Part shown: in pieces, positions 1-10,054 of the stretch | Layout of the letters: each line of letters opens with the position of its first letter | Numbering within the stretch: the stretch's first letter is position 1 | Virus record (IMG/VR): IMGVR_UViG_3300019373_000007 | Location: 1 to 64,000 of that record | DNA: 64,000 bases | Direction: 5' to 3' (one strand) | Source of the DNA: a virus | Taxonomy: Duplodnaviria > Caudoviricetes | Program-made: the position numbers and the translations under genes | The notes under the pieces: generated by a model | Database searches by the model: none | What the model was told of the DNA's origin: nothing | What the model saw: only the letters and a program-made list of their open reading frames with translations

Positions 1-30
1 AGTAAATTAAAGTAATCTTTATACAATTAA
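1..30 (+). repeat. Recombination-like site B (ATTAAA-GTAATC-TTTATA) in a 30-bp repeat
   Basis: nt 1-30 match 57213-57243 except one extra G there; same core and arms at 24739-24751 and 25433-25450. Confidence 0.75.
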
Positions 31-138
31 CGGGAGTGAAAAATTCATAGAGGGGACAGACTCATAAAACCTGTCCGAGAGGTTGTAGCTGACGACCATA
101 ACAACAGCTATCTGAAGCTTATAAGGAGGACACCATAG

Positions 139-465
139 ATGAGACTATCGCCTTCAGATGTATCAATGGCTCTAGGACTACTACTGTCAGGCCTCAACTT
201 GATTGTAATCACATTCACGCTTAGAGATAGGTTCAATGCTCCAGAAGAAGAGCAGAACAAGCGTCTTGACAAGTTAGAGGATGACATGAAAGATATCAAA
301 GCGCGTCACGACGAAGACAAAGTTAGAATTACTCAGCTTGAAGATGCGCAACGCGTCAGTCTAAAGGGCCTAAGTGCTCTTCTAGCCCATGGCATCAATG
401 GTAACAATGTAGACCAGATGCGAACAGCGCTAGATGAGTTGAATTCATTCTTGATATCTAAGTAA
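139..465 (+). CDS. Holin-like / membrane-anchored coiled-coil protein
   Basis: N-terminal hydrophobic helix then coiled coil; AGGAGG RBS. Confidence 0.5.
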   Translation: MRLSPSDVSMALGLLLSGLNLIVITFTLRDRFNAPEEEQNKRLDKLEDDMKDIKARHDEDKVRITQLEDAQRVSLKGLSALLAHGINGNNVDQMRTALDELNSFLISK

Positions 466-473
466 CAACAATT

Positions 474-505
474 GCCGGAGAGCCTGTTTAGGCCTCCGGT
501 ATTTT
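474..505 (+). terminator. Intrinsic terminator
   Basis: GCCGGAG...CTCCGGT stem followed by T-run. Confidence 0.6.
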
Positions 506-525
506 ACTTCATAGGAGGACATCTC

Positions 526-711
526 ATGTTTGATTGTAAGTTATTTGTACCAGGAAACATACAGTGCTCATTGAAATCTTTTGAGCAATGCTCAAAAGAT
601 GAGTGTAGGAAATACAACAAGTGCAAACATTGCAAGCATTCTGATAAGTGTGTAACGCAACATCCATGTGCAACGTGCAACAATCTATATCAGAAGATGC
701 CTGATCGTTAA
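526..711 (+). CDS. Small Cys-rich protein
   Basis: AGGAGG RBS before ATG 526; several CxxC motifs. Confidence 0.55.
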   Translation: MFDCKLFVPGNIQCSLKSFEQCSKDECRKYNKCKHCKHSDKCVTQHPCATCNNLYQKMPDR

Positions 712-732
712 GTTGAAAGAGAGGTTTATGTT

Positions 733-1206
733 ATGGCAGATTTGACGCAATTAGGAAAGAAAGCAGAGGACAAGATCAAGGAATGGCTCGATAGGCCAGA
801 AGATGGATACTGCTTCGACAGAATACCAGATCAGATGACAGGATTCTGGGGAAGCGACAACATATGTGACTTCACTCTATTCAAGTACCCAAACATGTAT
901 TACATTGAGAGCAAAGCTACTTATGAAGATAGATTCCCGTGGTCGATGCTTACTCCTACTCAGTATGACGGGCTCCTACAGAAGTCTGCAATAGATCACG
1001 TATTCGGATATGTGATTGTACTGTTCGCTACATATCAGCGTGCATTCTTACTCGATATCCGAGACATAGATGCAATGAATAAGGCAGGAAAGAAATCCAT
1101 CAACATCAAGAAGATAGATAAGTGGGAGATTCCTTACAAGGAGATCAAAACAATCCCTAGCAGAAAAGCTCTTTTAGACTATGCTAAAGAAGATAATGTT
1201 CTTTGA
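733..1206 (+). CDS. recU: RecU-like Holliday junction resolvase
   Basis: PD-(D/E)xK motif CDF...IESKAT, Q helix and GKKSINI tail typical of RecU. Confidence 0.8.
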   Translation: MADLTQLGKKAEDKIKEWLDRPEDGYCFDRIPDQMTGFWGSDNICDFTLFKYPNMYYIESKATYEDRFPWSMLTPTQYDGLLQKSAIDHVFGYVIVLFATYQRAFLLDIRDIDAMNKAGKKSINIKKIDKWEIPYKEIKTIPSRKALLDYAKEDNVL

Positions 1207-1262
1207 TCGTTATGTTAGTGCAAACTTATCGACACGCAACAAATGTTAGGAGATATAACTGT

Positions 1263-1964
1263 ATGGAACAATTAGATGATTTGTATGTGAAGAATTTGAT
1301 GATCATCGGTCATGATTGCATGACTAAGAAAGTAGATTTGACTCTGCCAGCAGAAGAGCTTATCAGGGAGTACGATACTCGCCTTGTTGCAGCTGCTGTC
1401 GGAGGAGAGCGAGATGGCAACACTACCAGACCACTAGCAATGCTAAAGTGGTTACATAGCACAGATTTTTACACTGCCCCAGCGTCGTCTCGATATCATG
1501 AGTCATTTCAGCACGGGCTACTTATTCACTCATTGCGAGTATTTAACGCAACTGTCGGTATGCTATGGACTGTTCCTTCATTCTCTGGTAAGGTAGTTCC
1601 GTCAGAAGCAGTATTGTGTGCACTTGTGCATGATTGGTGCAAGATCGGCTACTATGAGTCATATGAAAAGAATGTTAAGAATGAAGCGACAGGTCAGTGG
1701 GAGAAGCAAACGGCTTACAGAACGAATCAGCGAAACATCGCATTAGGCCACGGAGTAACTTCCATGTTCCTTGTTTCGAGATTCTTAGTGCTCAGCCCTG
1801 ACTGCGCATTAGCGATTCGCTGGCACATGGGTGAATATAATGTAGCAGACAACGAAGTAAATGAGCTTCAGAAAGCTAACCAAGAAGTTCCGCTAGTTTA
1901 TCTTCTTCAGTTTGCAGACCGCCTAGCATGCACCGATTATTTCAACTCTGATTACCTTGTATAG
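1263..1964 (+). CDS. HD-domain phosphohydrolase
   Basis: APAS..YH, HSL, HDWCK, WHMG, FAD motifs. Confidence 0.85.
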   Translation: MEQLDDLYVKNLMIIGHDCMTKKVDLTLPAEELIREYDTRLVAAAVGGERDGNTTRPLAMLKWLHSTDFYTAPASSRYHESFQHGLLIHSLRVFNATVGMLWTVPSFSGKVVPSEAVLCALVHDWCKIGYYESYEKNVKNEATGQWEKQTAYRTNQRNIALGHGVTSMFLVSRFLVLSPDCALAIRWHMGEYNVADNEVNELQKANQEVPLVYLLQFADRLACTDYFNSDYLV

Positions 1965-2013
1965 TTGAGAAGCGAAGAAACTTCCACATACTATATTAAA
2001 GTGAGGTAATAAT

Positions 2014-2361
2014 ATGCGTAGAAAGACAATTGTCAAGCCGTCTCACAAGAAAGTGATGTCTGCTACATACGTAAAAGCAGAAGATGACATGGAAGGTGAG
2101 ATTTCCGAAGTCATTGACGACGTCGCTGATAACGTAGAGGATCTACAAGATACAATCGACGACATGCACGAAGACGACCCTGATATCGAAGTAAATAACA
2201 ACATCGTAAACCACTACATAGCAGAATGCGACCATTGCCAGAATGTATTCATCTCTGCTGTTACTGAGTCATCAGAGGACATTGAGTTTGTAAAAGGTAT
2301 TTGCCCTATCTGCAAAGAAGAGTCCGAGCATCGACTCAAGTGGATCATCAGGGAGGTATAG
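2014..2361 (+). CDS. Acidic protein with C-terminal Zn ribbon, probably virion-associated
   Basis: CDHC...CPIC; basic N-terminus ending VKAED; preceded by ACCTT motif. Confidence 0.55.
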   Translation: MRRKTIVKPSHKKVMSATYVKAEDDMEGEISEVIDDVADNVEDLQDTIDDMHEDDPDIEVNNNIVNHYIAECDHCQNVFISAVTESSEDIEFVKGICPICKEESEHRLKWIIREV

Positions 2362-2365
2362 TCGC

Positions 2366-3157
2366 ATGAAGATCATCGCAAGTAAGCGAGAAGGAGCTGT
2401 TCCTTCTCCGTACAACAAGTACTACAACGCAGTGGATCCATCAACAGTAGTTGAAGAAGCCGGCATCACACTCGATCAGCTAGCTAGTGCAGAGTCATTA
2501 GACGGATATGATTTCACTCATGTAAACTGGCTGCAACCCAAGGACGAATACAGAGAGAAGCTAGAGTTAGCTGCCCTCGATACTTTGGAGCAAGTGAAAG
2601 ACGCTGACGGTGCTACTTACATCGGATTCGCATTGGGCGAGAAGTTCCTTCCAGTAAGCGTAGAAGAGATTGAAGATACCATCGGAGGCGATGAGGAGAG
2701 CGGATGGGAAGAGCTCGCTAGCAAGTCTGTATATGATTCAGATGGCTTCACTACCGATTACACATTATGGAAGTGGTTAGGTGACCCAGACGAGATGCCA
2801 GACCGAGAGATCTACGTGTGCATGTTCGGTGACAAAGAGCTGTATGGCCCGAATCAGGACTATTGCGATTACGCTACAGACAATGAAGAAGATGCTCGTG
2901 AGTGGTTCGATAACTACTCAACAGATGAGGATGGAAACATATTAGAGTCCACTTGTGTTGATGCATCTGTCGATACTGGGTCAAATTACTGGTATATGAC
3001 AAAACACGGCCTTGGCCCTGGAATGATGCCTAACGATGTTAAAATTGTCGATCTCGTGGAAGATGGATGGGATACTTACCTGCTGCTTGACCGGATGCTT
3101 ACAACAGAAGAGCTGAAGCTGTACGATATGAAAGAACAAGCACCAGCAGGTCGCTAG
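2366..3157 (+). CDS. Acidic multidomain protein with DarA C-terminal-like domain
   Basis: C-terminal WYMTKHGLGPGMMP...DRMLTTEELKLYDM resembles DarA_C of polyvalent proteins; MKIIAS start. Confidence 0.5.
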   Translation: MKIIASKREGAVPSPYNKYYNAVDPSTVVEEAGITLDQLASAESLDGYDFTHVNWLQPKDEYREKLELAALDTLEQVKDADGATYIGFALGEKFLPVSVEEIEDTIGGDEESGWEELASKSVYDSDGFTTDYTLWKWLGDPDEMPDREIYVCMFGDKELYGPNQDYCDYATDNEEDAREWFDNYSTDEDGNILESTCVDASVDTGSNYWYMTKHGLGPGMMPNDVKIVDLVEDGWDTYLLLDRMLTTEELKLYDMKEQAPAGR

Positions 3158-3175
3158 ATAGGGGGTACGTATCAC

Positions 3176-3589
3176 ATGTATAGAGTAATACGAACAGAAG
3201 AGAGCTATCCAGTGTCAACTGATTTTGAATTCCGTACCAAGATTGAAGTTGCAGACGATTCCTGGGAGTATTTAGATGAGTCTGACGAATGGTTAAGCAT
3301 CTACTTAGATAAGAAGGGTGACTACTATGTTGACGAAAACGGAGTCCGCCTCGGAACTGTATCTGATTTTGTAGAGGATCTCGATAATCTCCTCGTAGAT
3401 ATGCTGCCAACAGAAGACGGAACATACCTCATCTCAGGCTCAGGAACATTCAACTTCGCTGTAGCTGGAGTAGATGTAACAAGACGCGGATCCTCAGAAG
3501 ACGATGAAGTAGAAGATCGTTATATTGATGACGCAGATGTAACATATACTAGCGGAGAGCTCGATGAGCTCGACGTCACTCGCGTATAG
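3176..3589 (+). CDS. Hypothetical acidic protein
   Basis: ORF with RBS in operon. Confidence 0.6.
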   Translation: MYRVIRTEESYPVSTDFEFRTKIEVADDSWEYLDESDEWLSIYLDKKGDYYVDENGVRLGTVSDFVEDLDNLLVDMLPTEDGTYLISGSGTFNFAVAGVDVTRRGSSEDDEVEDRYIDDADVTYTSGELDELDVTRV

Positions 3590-3599
3590 GAGAGCTATT

Positions 3600-3878
3600 A
3601 TGAAACGAGTAATTTCATCAAGTACATTAGGTCCGCTTAAAGATATCCAAGATAACCTGTACGGCATTTTCACTGCACTTGATAGCAATGAAACCGTATT
3701 AGGTCACTTCGCAGATATCAACAGAAAAGCAGCACTCAAGCATTTAGCTGAATCAGGCAACGACGTTATCGCAAAGGTTGTAAGCACACGTGATATCGCA
3801 TCTGAATTGAGCGATAGCGAGTGGGCCTTACCAGTTTGGCCTAGTTTAAAAAGACTAGCAGCTAGCCTATCTAAGTAG
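3600..3878 (+). CDS. Hypothetical protein with MKRVISSS start
   Basis: AGGAG RBS before ATG 3600. Confidence 0.6.
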   Translation: MKRVISSSTLGPLKDIQDNLYGIFTALDSNETVLGHFADINRKAALKHLAESGNDVIAKVVSTRDIASELSDSEWALPVWPSLKRLAASLSK

Positions 3879-3893
3879 CAGAAAGAACACAAC

Positions 3894-3925
3894 AAAGCGG
3901 AGCCGAAAGGTTCCGCTTTTATTTT
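3894..3925. terminator. Bidirectional terminator
   Basis: AAAGCGGAGCC-GAAA-GGTTCCGCTTTT between convergent genes. Confidence 0.8.
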
Positions 3926-4707
3926 GTGTAGATAAGCTGACCTCTACGAGTGGACCCACTGAATTTCATGCATAGACGCGAGAATAGTATTTGCTCTACT
4001 GAGTCCGGATAGCAGTATCCGACGATATTAGCTAGCCCGAAATATTCTATTGCCCACTTGAATAGAACCTGTGGCCCATCTAATACAACGTAGTAGGGGC
4101 TATCCTTAGCACCTAGAAGCTCAACAGCAAACTGCGGATTGTCTGACGGACCGAACGTCATCATACTAGCAAGCCTTCCTTTGTATACTAGCCCTAGCGA
4201 AAGGAGCCCTCTGTCGGCTACATCGTCCATGTGATTGTCTCTCCAAAACTTAGCAGCAGCGTGTTGACTCATCTTGTACTTCACACATCTAGCTGCAGAT
4301 ATCTCTTTGATCTCCTTGGGATGCGCATCTACAAATACAGGCCACTTAACTCCGTAGCGCATTTCTGTAGTCTCACTCATTTTAACCCTAAGATCACTTG
4401 ACTGCATAGGATAGTCAACTCCATAATGGATCCGTACAGAATCGGCATGACGCATTTGCACTTCCTTCGACTGCATCGGGTGCAGAGTCCCGTACTTACT
4501 AAATGACGTCCTCCGTCTCTGCTCGCTAGAGCATTCTTTACAACACGGTCTAATCTTCTTTGTTGTGTTCCATACTACATCTTTTCCGCATATAGGGCAC
4601 TTAGCATAGTGAGTCTTGTTACAGATAGTGTTAGCAGGATGCTTCGGTATAAACAACTCGCCGCATATAGCGCATCTCTTTGACTTCTGAGGTACTCCAG
4701 TAGGCAT
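3919..4707 (-). CDS. Homing endonuclease-like protein (Zn fingers, KYG repeats)
   Basis: CAICG/CPICG fingers, KYG..HPMQS repeats, GLVYKGRLASMMTFG similar to 6223-7479; no clear nuclease motif. Confidence 0.6.
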   Translation of the reverse strand: MPTGVPQKSKRCAICGELFIPKHPANTICNKTHYAKCPICGKDVVWNTTKKIRPCCKECSSEQRRRTSFSKYGTLHPMQSKEVQMRHADSVRIHYGVDYPMQSSDLRVKMSETTEMRYGVKWPVFVDAHPKEIKEISAARCVKYKMSQHAAAKFWRDNHMDDVADRGLLSLGLVYKGRLASMMTFGPSDNPQFAVELLGAKDSPYYVVLDGPQVLFKWAIEYFGLANIVGYCYPDSVEQILFSRLCMKFSGSTRRGQLIYTK

Positions 4708-4816
4708 AGATATCTCCTCTCTTGATAGAAACATATTTATATAAGATTCCTAACAGACGGTGTCCTTATATATGACTGTAGCTATATCAAACAATAACCA
4801 GAGGAGGTATGATAAT

Positions 4817-4843
4817 ATGTCATTCAGTCCATTATCAATGGGT
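4817..4843 (+). CDS. Exon 1 of putative tail tube gene (MSFSPLSMG)
   Basis: GAGGAGG RBS, ATG 4817, stop at 4847 unless spliced; joins in frame to ACT AAT CAC ATG at 5244. Confidence 0.7.
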
Positions 4844-5243
4844 GAGTAGTGCCCCGCATATCCTGTGAAGGGTGTGTTGCCCTGCGTTAACTGCTTTGAA
4901 CCCCTAAAGCTGCAGATGCTACAACGTAAGTAGAAATGCTAGGCGTGAATGCAAGGAAACTAGAAAGAAACTCTGCAGATGGCACATGGTGAAATAAAAG
5001 GAGCTACGGCTCTCCTAAATGCCTAGTTAAATGGGTCTTTAGCATCGACTTCCCTAAACAACTCAGTTTGCAAGGGAAACGTTCATCGACTATCTCCTGG
5101 AGGGAGAGTAAAGCCGCAAGCAAATGGCGGAAGAAAAATGCAGCTCTCAGCTATGCTGAGATGGACAACTAGTCAGGCCTTTATCGAAAGATAATTCTAC
5201 ATATGTAGAGCTAAGTGTTGCGAACTTAGTAGGAAATGAAAGT
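4844..5243 (+). ncRNA. ORF-less group I intron, about 400 nt
   Basis: P1 GGGU/GCCC with U.G pair; P-like AACUGCUUUGAA; P7 UCGACUA/UAGUCA; P9 UUAUC-GAAA-GAUAA; IGS UAGU pairs exon 2 ACUA; 3' boundary uncertain by 1 nt. Confidence 0.8.
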
Positions 5244-5762
5244 ACTAATCACATGTTTGGTCAGGACAACTACGTTCCGCTAACTGTCCAGAATTTCGAG
5301 ATCCGTGTATACAACATGGATGGAAGCTCACCAACAGAAAACGCAGATCTGTTGACTCTGTCTACAAACGACATCGGAGAGATCTCAGAGGAACAAGATA
5401 CCATCACTGTACACTACGGAAATGGTGTCATCAAGTTCCCGTCTAAGACAACATTCAACGATGTTGATTGGACACTCAACTGCTATTGTGCACCTAACGT
5501 TTTAGGAGAGCTGCGCAAGTGGCGTGAGAAGGTTTATGATTCTAAAACGGAGAAGATGGGCTTGCCTAGCGAATACATGCGGACCGTCTATTTTATTCGT
5601 TATGATGGCCAGGGAAATCAACGTGACGTCATCAAGTGTCCAGGTGTTTGGATCAAAAACTTGACTAACGGAGCTATGAACCAGGAAGGCGGCCAGATCG
5701 TCCAGACGAAGGTAACTCTCGTTATCTCAAAGTGCATCTACTTGACGGATCAAGACCTGTAA
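5244..5762 (+). CDS. Exon 2 of putative tail tube protein (T4 gp19-like)
   Basis: KFPSKTTFNDV, LRKWREKVYD..MGLPSEY, PGVWIK pattern of contractile tail tube proteins. Confidence 0.7.
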   Translation, partial: TNHMFGQDNYVPLTVQNFEIRVYNMDGSSPTENADLLTLSTNDIGEISEEQDTITVHYGNGVIKFPSKTTFNDVDWTLNCYCAPNVLGELRKWREKVYDSKTEKMGLPSEYMRTVYFIRYDGQGNQRDVIKCPGVWIKNLTNGAMNQEGGQIVQTKVTLVISKCIYLTDQDL

Positions 5763-5839
5763 GAATCAGAGGCTGCAGCTATGCGGCCTCTTTCTGTGTA
5801 AATCGTTATGTGATGAACTACTAACCGGAGGAATTTGCT

Positions 5840-7479
5840 ATGCCAGTATCTGATTTCACAGGAGTGTATTCACTTGACACATTCGACTACTCTAACATCA
5901 ATGAGAAGAAGAAGGCGAAGTGTGTAGCTTGTGGTAAACTTTATGAGCAAGTACGTCCGCATCAGAAATTCTGCAAGCGAGACCATTACTTGAAGTGCGT
6001 AGACTGCGGGGCTCCTGTTCTTCAGAAGTCAGATAGATTAGCATCTGAGTTACAGCTTAGATGCCATCACTGCATGGTCAAATACAGGTCGGATAGGACT
6101 AAGCAGGCCTTACTCGACAAATATGGAGTTGAGAATATTCTAGAGATTCCTGAATACAGACAGAAGGCAGTAGCTAGTATAAATGAAAACGAGATCTGAT
6201 TGCAGAGAAGACCAAGCAGACCATGAAGGAGCGATACGGCGGGTACGGAACTGCGTCTCCAGTATTGCGGCAGAAGATTGAGAGCACAATGCTCGAGCGG
6301 TATGGAGTTACGAATCCAGATGACTTACCGGAATTCAGAAAGAAGATTTCAGATAGGCTCAAGAGTGAGGAATGTCAGGACAAGTATCGACAGTGTAGCA
6401 TGGAGCACTACGGAGTTCCATATCCTGCACAATCAGATATCATTCAGCAACAGATGAGAAAGACAGCCTTCGAGCATTACGGAGTCGAGTATCCATCTTC
6501 GCTCCCTGAGGTGCAATCTAAGGTCAGAGCAACATGCATGCAGAAATTCGGAGTCCTTACAGCACTTATGCGGCCTGAATGTGTATCTCGAGCAAGAGAA
6601 GCTATCTTAGCTAAAACAGGACATCCTAAGATATCGTCTGTTAATCAGGCAGTTGCAGACGTGATTCATCAGATAACTGGATTAGATACAGAATTTGAAT
6701 TGATTCTAAACATGAAGTGGTATGATATTCATGTCAAGGGCACACAGTACCTAATTGAAGTGGATCCATCATATACTCATTCGGCAGTACCTAACCACTG
6801 GGGAGGATGTGTTGACGCTGATTATCATAGGATGAAATCCAGAGTAGCACAAGAAAATGGATACACTTGCATCCATCTCTTTGATTGGGACGACACAGAA
6901 AAGGTTGTACGGGCAATCTTGTATCCTAGGTTAAGAATATACGCTCGGCAATGCAAGGTCAAAGAGATTGAACGGACTACGTCGCATGCGTTCATTGAAG
7001 AGAATCACATTCAGAACGATGTTCGCAAGGATGATGTGCGCATCGGGCTGTATTACAATGGCCGCCTGGTGCAAGTCATGACATTCGGTGCACCTAGATA
7101 TACTAAGAAGTATCAATGGGAGCTTCTGCGTCTTTGCTCAGCTTCTGATGTTGCTGTCATCGGAGGAGCATCTAGACTATACTCGCATTTCATATCACAT
7201 TATTGTCCGGAATCAGTTATCAGTTACTGCGATAGAGCGAAGTTTACTGGATCTGTTTACTCAGCTATCGGAATGTCACTAGACCATACAACCGAGCCTG
7301 CTAAAGTATGGTCCAAGGGTACTGACAAGATCACTGACAACTTGCTCCGCCAGCGGGGGTATGATCAGTTATTCGGGACTGACTATGGAAAAGGAACTGA
7401 CAACGAGGAGCTCATGCTACAAAACCATTGGCTTCCTGTATATGATTGTGGGCAAGACGTCTACGTGTGGCACAGATGA
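5840..7479 (+). CDS. Free-standing homing endonuclease-like protein, split by a frameshift near 6190
   Basis: Zn fingers, many ERYGV repeats, YDI..LIEVD..H nuclease-like motif; adding one A in GAAAAC joins 5840-6199 to 6223-7479. Confidence 0.7.
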
Positions 7480-7523
7480 TATCGTTATGTGAGTAATCAA
7501 TCGAAAGGGATGAAGAAACAGAC

Positions 7524-7946
7524 ATGGATACTATTCGTATTGTGATTACATATAATGACGTTTCTGTTAGTAGAGAGATTGCTCTTCCTGAGAAGTTTTG
7601 TCCTGAGGATCTTTCTAACTGGCTTGAAAATGATGCTGGTAAGATTTCAGAGCTTGCTGGCTTGTCGTTTTATCCGGATACAACAGATGACGAGGGTATT
7701 CATTTTAACTTAGAGCTGACGTTCGAATGCGCGCCTATAGGTGTATCGCTAGTCGATGCTATGGAGAAGGTCAATCAAGAGGTTCGAGAAAGCACGTTCG
7801 ATGACGACATATATGAACTCAGAGCTTCTTTACGAGAATACAGCATGCACATGGCAGAGCTCGAAAAGAGAAACAATGAGCTACGTTTCATGCTTCCTGA
7901 AGTAAAGCGAGCAGTTGAAAGAGAGTGGTGCGCATCTAGAATATAG
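7524..7946 (+). CDS. Hypothetical protein
   Basis: ORF after ATCGTTAT motif. Confidence 0.55.
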   Translation: MDTIRIVITYNDVSVSREIALPEKFCPEDLSNWLENDAGKISELAGLSFYPDTTDDEGIHFNLELTFECAPIGVSLVDAMEKVNQEVRESTFDDDIYELRASLREYSMHMAELEKRNNELRFMLPEVKRAVEREWCASRI

Positions 7947-7968
7947 CGTACCAAGGAGGGGGAACACA

Positions 7969-8193
7969 ATGAGAGATGTGAAGCGAGTATTTTGCCCGCA
8001 GTGCTGTAGTCTTCATGAATTTCGCATAGAAGACACAGAGCGGAGTGGAGAGATAGACGGAAAAGAGTATACATACCTGTGGCAAGAAGCCTATTGTTGC
8101 CATTGTGGATCCAGTGTGCTAGTTCCTGGATTATCGTCAGATAACACAGACCGACTTGTCGAAGCTATGCGCAACGCAGGTGGGGATCTGTAA
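7969..8193 (+). CDS. Stand-alone YgiT/MqsA-type zinc finger protein
   Basis: CPQC...AYCCHCG pattern, no HTH; AGGAGG RBS. Confidence 0.6.
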   Translation: MRDVKRVFCPQCCSLHEFRIEDTERSGEIDGKEYTYLWQEAYCCHCGSSVLVPGLSSDNTDRLVEAMRNAGGDL

Positions 8194-8213
8194 TATAGAG
8201 AGGAAGAATAGAG

Positions 8214-8405
8214 ATGAATGACGAGATCAATAGAACAGATACTAATCTGTTAGCTACATACAACGGACATCCTGTCCCGAACAGATGCTTCAGCGACGAA
8301 GTACGAAGAGAAGGGAATAAACTTGTTGCAGTTTCAAAGCCATGCCCCAATCTGAAATCCGATGGAAAATGCAATCTACAGAAGTGCAACAAGATTATAG
8401 AATAA
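8214..8405 (+). CDS. Small hypothetical protein
   Basis: ORF with RBS, Cys-containing. Confidence 0.5.
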   Translation: MNDEINRTDTNLLATYNGHPVPNRCFSDEVRREGNKLVAVSKPCPNLKSDGKCNLQKCNKIIE

Positions 8406-8469
8406 GTACAATGTGAGCTCATATTGACATGTAACTTTATCGAATCAACTGCGATAGAGGAGGTGTTAT

Positions 8470-9504
8470 ATGAAGTCTACGGAAATTTTTATTCACAGCA
8501 TCTTATCTAGAATGACTGCGATACTATCGACGGATCAGCTCAGCTCACTTCGGGAGGCCCTATCAGATGAGTTACGTCGTGCAACAGTGACGTTTAGTGA
8601 CAACTTGCCTTCAGCTGAGATAGATCCATTCAATCAATTACTCAATTCATATCTTGCCCTTAGATCCATAGAAGGGCTGACAGAAGGCACGCTGATTCAA
8701 TACAGATCAGGCCTCAATCGATTTTCACAGTTCCTAAACAAATCAATCCTAGATACAACTAAAAATGACGTGCGGTGTTATGTTGCATTTCTGTCTCAGC
8801 AGATGAGCAAGACATCGGTATCTAATCAGCTCTGCTACATACGTCCTTTCTTGACGTGGCTTCATGATGAAGGATATCTTCCGACTAACCCAGGCAAGAA
8901 TGCAGTAACCATCAAGCCGGAGCCTAAGGAGATAGACTATCTCAGTCCTAGCGAGATAATTGACATACAAGATGCAGCTTCGTCTCTAGTTGAGCGAGCT
9001 ATCATCAATCTGCTGTTCTCTACTGGGCTTAGATGTGGAGAGGTTCATATGTTGAATCTCAGTAACTTAGATGTATCATCAGGCCAGATTACACTGATAA
9101 GTGAGAAAAGTAACAGAGCTCGTACTGTATTCTTAACTCCAAGAGCAGCGAAAGACGTAGCTGCTTACATTGCAAGCAGAACAGACTCACTCCCTTATCT
9201 ATTCATCTCGAAACGCAAGTCAAGAATGCCCGATGGATCCACGGAATACACTAGAATGAGTGTAACGACACTAGAGGATATAACTAAGTGTGTAGGAAAG
9301 CGTGCAGGAGTGTCACGGGTGCGCACAACAGTGCATATCTTCCGGAAGACGTTTGCAACGTCTTTACTGAATAACGGATGCCCTGTAGAAATCATACAGG
9401 CCCTTCTGGGGCATAGCAGTCCTGAAACTACATTAGGTTACTATGCTAAAATGACCTCACGGACCGTGAGGGAGGCTTTCGACAGGTACATTCAGATAGT
9501 CTAA
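8470..9504 (+). CDS. Tyrosine recombinase (XerD-like)
   Basis: TGLRCGE (R), HIFRK (HxxR), LGH, YYA; N-terminal core-binding domain. Confidence 0.93.
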   Translation: MKSTEIFIHSILSRMTAILSTDQLSSLREALSDELRRATVTFSDNLPSAEIDPFNQLLNSYLALRSIEGLTEGTLIQYRSGLNRFSQFLNKSILDTTKNDVRCYVAFLSQQMSKTSVSNQLCYIRPFLTWLHDEGYLPTNPGKNAVTIKPEPKEIDYLSPSEIIDIQDAASSLVERAIINLLFSTGLRCGEVHMLNLSNLDVSSGQITLISEKSNRARTVFLTPRAAKDVAAYIASRTDSLPYLFISKRKSRMPDGSTEYTRMSVTTLEDITKCVGKRAGVSRVRTTVHIFRKTFATSLLNNGCPVEIIQALLGHSSPETTLGYYAKMTSRTVREAFDRYIQIV

Positions 9505-9603
9505 CCCAACCTTTAATAAGATTGAGATAGAGTAGAGGGCCTGAGAAACCCGTAAGCTCACACGCAAGAATATGTAACATAAATACTATATGGAGGTATA
9601 GAT

Positions 9604-9942
9604 ATGCAGATTACAGTAACTTATACAGCTATTGCTGCTCCTGCAGGTCAGCCTGTAGCTGAGATCGCTGCCATGTTTGTTCCTACAAACGCTGCTGCTG
9701 ATCTTCCTGCATTCGATGGTACTTACTATGATACCAACGTAGCAGGCTTCGGCTCTACTGGTGCTGCTGAAGCATTCATTGCTAACAGTGTTGCTCATCC
9801 AGGTCTCGTACTTGCTCTTAAGCGCGCGCTTGAGAAGGGTACTTACACCTATGAGACTGATGACAAGGATGAAATCGCTTACCTTGAGGAAGTAGCTCCT
9901 GCAGTTGCTGATCAGGGATTCGCTATCACCATCGGCGAGTAG
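9604..9942 (+). CDS. Putative small virion structural protein
   Basis: Ala-rich, biased codons, own ACCTT motif and terminator. Confidence 0.5.
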   Translation: MQITVTYTAIAAPAGQPVAEIAAMFVPTNAAADLPAFDGTYYDTNVAGFGSTGAAEAFIANSVAHPGLVLALKRALEKGTYTYETDDKDEIAYLEEVAPAVADQGFAITIGE

Positions 9943-10054
9943 TATTATCAGTGCAATTTGAGACAGCGGTGCGCTGATTATCAGCACATCGCTGTTATCT
10001 TAAGTCGAAATTCGACAATGAAACATGATCTATCTTAGAAGGGAGGCAATTATC

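Noticed and set aside
36-116. Hammerhead ribozyme (GAAA at 38, CTGACGA at 89)
   Set aside because: Stem II and the other required helices cannot be formed.
4842-5242. Spliceosomal-looking GTGAGT...AG or group II intron boundaries
   Set aside because: That junction is out of frame, the context is prokaryotic, no domain V was seen, and group I core elements are present.
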